DNA of 62,773 nucleotides, filler included, from Globobulimina sp. (lineage: Eukaryota): NCBI GenBank assembly GCA_003354225.1. It is 19 parts of 19 records of this genome, joined end to end, with 100 filler letters (N's around TTAATTAATTAA, not from the genome) between each part and the next. Parts side by side here need not be neighbours in the genome. Positions count along the whole stretch, not along the records: positions 59,568 to 62,773 come from PIVH01003423.1; 18 more parts are not named here. One strand, given 5' to 3'. The number at the start of each line of letters is the position of its first letter. The first letter of the stretch is position 1. Positions 59,568 to 62,773 of this stretch are shown in pieces. Both the position numbers and the translations under genes were made by a program. The notes beneath the pieces were generated by a model, which saw only the letters and a program-made list of their open reading frames with translations, made no database searches and was not told the DNA's origin.

Positions 59568-60669
59568 CATATATTTTCCAATCATTAACATCAATTAAAA
59601 GCAATCGATTCTTATCCTCCTCATCCATAAAATGGAAAGTTATTATGCCACCAAATGAAACTACATGCTTCAAATTATTTATCTGAAATCGATACGGTAA
59701 TATCATATCTTCCCGTTTGCATTCTATTGCTCCATCGGCATCCATACCATATATATAACGGCGTATATGGTCAAAATAAATATATTTATCCAAATGTAGA
59801 TTATACCTCATCGGTATTTCTTGTGTATACTCATGCGATGACACAACAGATTCAATGCGCTCAAATGTGTTTGCATTTTCATCATATAGCAACATTGAAT
59901 AATGCTGATCTCTTAAAACTTCTTTTATATATAATTTATTTCCTAATATCATAGATATAAAATCACTGTGTTGAAGATTTGGATATTGCACATTCCATTC
60001 GCCACTTTTACATTTAATACGATATGAACTGTCCTCTAAATTGTAAACTGAAAAACATTTGTTTCCACGATCAGTGCATAAAATATATAAATCTCCGTTT
60101 GTTGGGTTTATATTAAATAAAATATTATGTATTTCAAAAGGTAATGGGAATAAAAATGTTATTTTATTTGCTTTTATGTCGTATTTATAAATTAAACTTA
60201 AAAAATCACTTTGCTCTTCGTTTGCGTTGCTATAATTATCAACAGATACCATTGCTATAATAATCACATATTCATTGCATGATGTTTTTGAATAATAATA
60301 CAAATATTTACTTTTGTTATAAAATGAATCAATCGATGGTGGTTTTGTGATTGCGTTCCAATCTGCGATGGACATTTCATATCGAATCTTATTCCGCCGA
60401 GTGGGTAAATTTGAGGATAGCTGTTTTGTATATTTATGTAATGATTGTACTCTTAAACTCTTTGCATCGATTCATTCATCTTCGTCACTATCAATTTCTG
60501 AATCGTAACGTATTTTAATTGCATCCTCTTTGGCTTCAACAACAGTGGCAATATGCCACGATTCATAGATTTTTTCATCATCATCCCCAACATATCGAAC
60601 ATCCAATTTACTCCCAACAACTAAGGATATTTTTTCAGATAATGAGATATTTTGCTCAATTTCATCCAT
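59568..60669 (-). pseudogene. Tudor/Agenet-like plus beta-propeller-like protein with one in-frame TGA
   Basis: ORFs 60472-60675 and 59512-60375 share a frame and are separated only by TGA 60472-60474: VGSKLDVR...WHIATV...IRYD...DEDE*IDAKSLRV. Confidence 0.55.
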
Positions 60670-60723
60670 TGCCAAGTACGTAGTTAAAACTGTGGACTCA
60701 ACTGCCTCTATATATCATAGACA

Positions 60724-61967
60724 ATGTCTTCGGTCAAAGAACAAAAGATGTTGTTACTTATATGGCACAGCGTATGCATTTTTATCTGCACAGTAATTTT
60801 AATTTATGCGTTATTCTACATCGTCTTTCGTCGATATGTTATGACCACAATGACAAAATCAGCGGTGAGATATTCTATAATTGGTGTATTGTTATTTATT
60901 CTCACGTTAGTTTCCAGTTTAAATTACATCATTGCATTAGAAAGACAATTGAACAGAGATGAAATACATTATTACGTTACGAATTCAATATGGACTGCGG
61001 CTCATATTTTCACATATCTATTATTTGTAAATCGTTTGGAACATTCAGTGATTGCAACAAAATATAAAATCACAAAAAGGATTAAGTTAGTTTTTAAAAT
61101 AGGTTTAATGACATGGGCCATCTTTGAAACTCTGGTGGTATTAAATCAAGCTGCTGCGTCAACAAATTATTATTCATATCATACCTATCACCTTTCCAGT
61201 TTAATATTATTATTTGCCATTCAAATGGTTGATTTATTGCTTTCCATCTATTTGATTTTATTATTTTTAAGGTATATCATTTATTAATATGTATATTGAA
61301 TATTCCATACATTTTTGACAGGAATTTATATAAAATTGCGTTTGATGAAAAAATTAACATTTCTTCAATTGACGATGATTCCAATTTAGACGTCTTGGAG
61401 ATGTATGATGAAGATATTGTGAATGAAGTGATTGAAATATCAAATAAAGGATCGCAAGAATCGGTTTCCGGCTCATCGAGTACGGCAAACACAGTTAACA
61501 CTAACACCCAAACTGACTATTTGTTACTGTCAGAAACAAATAATGCTTTTACAAACTCTTTGTTGACTCGGAATTCGTTGCATAATCAACATATGCTATT
61601 AAATTGGGGCACAAAATATTGCATGTTATTTGTTACTGCGATGATATCGACACAACTAAGTTTATTGTATAGTTTATTATGGATTGCTATTAACTTTTGG
61701 CTCAGACAGAATCTGTTTGATAGTACAATGACATTGGCATCGCAGTATATATGGTCATTGAATATGTTGATAAATTGCTATGTTATTTATTTGGATTTTG
61801 ATTTTGCGATTCATTCTTATAATTGTTGTTGTGGTGAATGTCATAAAGTATGTCGGATTTGTTGTATTTTTTGTGCGAGAAGAAAGGTAATTTGGATGAC
61901 ATATAGAGTTTGGGGCGCAAAACCATCACAGAAATGGCATGATAACGAGAATATGAGTGGACTCTGA
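60724..61967 (+). CDS. Seven-TM (GPCR-like) membrane protein
   Basis: Five hydrophobic helices, intron 61272-61321, a long acidic loop, two more helices, then a Cys-rich tail. Confidence 0.65.
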
Positions 61968-62773
61968 GAATTATATACATGATAATATTTAATATTTCGT
62001 ATAGAAGAGTGTTTACAAACTTGTACTTGTTTTGCTGATAAATCACGACATTAAAACAGATTTTTCAGTGAAAACCACTTCAAAGCATGCGAGACAGATT
62101 CAACAAATCACACATATATCAAAGAATAAACTCCCACCAATCAGAAGATCAGCAACCAAGCACGACACACAAGCTGATACTAAATTGTTTCATGTTTATC
62201 TTCATATCAATCTGTCTCATCATATCACTATGCATCATGTCATACGTTTTCGAAAACAACATATCTGACACAATATCACATGCAAAATCATTAATGTCAA
62301 CAAATATCAATAAGTATCTCAATGGAAACAAACAACTGCCATATTGCAAAACCATTCCATTCGATGCATACAGAAACATGTCCAATGTTACATATTACAA
62401 CAACTTTCCAGCACATACGACAATTGAAGAAATCATGAAAAAGCGAACACAGTCAATACAAGACATCCCGATATGTGCTACTGCCAACAAAACAAACTAT
62501 GACCAATACACTGAAATACTCTCAAAACTGCCAAACAATCTCATCGCATATACCAACAGATGTCAAATAAACGCAATAAACCGTGGCAGCCGGCAATTCG
62601 GAGGCTTGTTAAGTGGCGACCCACTTAAACCAAAACATTCCACACAAATCGGTTTTCTTCACGTGTACAAAGCAGGTTTTTGTTTTCTACGCATTTTCTC
62701 AGTTACTCTGCTAACAATGTCTCCACTTTTAATCAGGAGGCACCACAGTACGAGACACAATGAACAGTATTCT

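Overview
This window is not one locus. It is 19 unrelated contigs of 3212 down to 3206 bp, sorted by decreasing length and joined by 18 identical artificial 100-bp spacers (N44-TTAATTAATTAA-N44), so adjacency across spacers means nothing and ORFs ending in X-runs are truncated. The DNA is mostly an AT-rich, gene-dense eukaryote with short (about 50-100 nt) GT-AG introns; the gene-family flavour suggests a rhizarian or foraminiferan-type protist (inference only). Recognisable genes: HBS1-like GTPase, IGHMBP2 helicase, beta'-COP, an ABCA transporter, acetyl-CoA transporter, biotin ligase, alanine aminotransferase, a CMGC kinase fragment, an LtrA-family membrane protein, TM-RGS, sulfotransferase-like, EF-hand, MYND, TLDc and Gemin5-like proteins. 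Mobile DNA: a Ty3/Gypsy-like gag-protease with a tRNA-iMet-type primer binding site, two decayed DIRS-like tyrosine-recombinase retroelement pieces, and several foldback/MITE-like inverted repeats. Two contigs carry bacterial-looking segments joined to eukaryotic DNA (metC; a CARDB-like/carboxypeptidase-regulatory-like module), which are either chimeras or HGT. The most striking signal is that about 11 of about 26 hand-placed introns start with GTT (8 of them GTTWMGT), the canonical GTAAGT donor shifted by one base. All family assignments come from motif recognition by eye; no searches were run.
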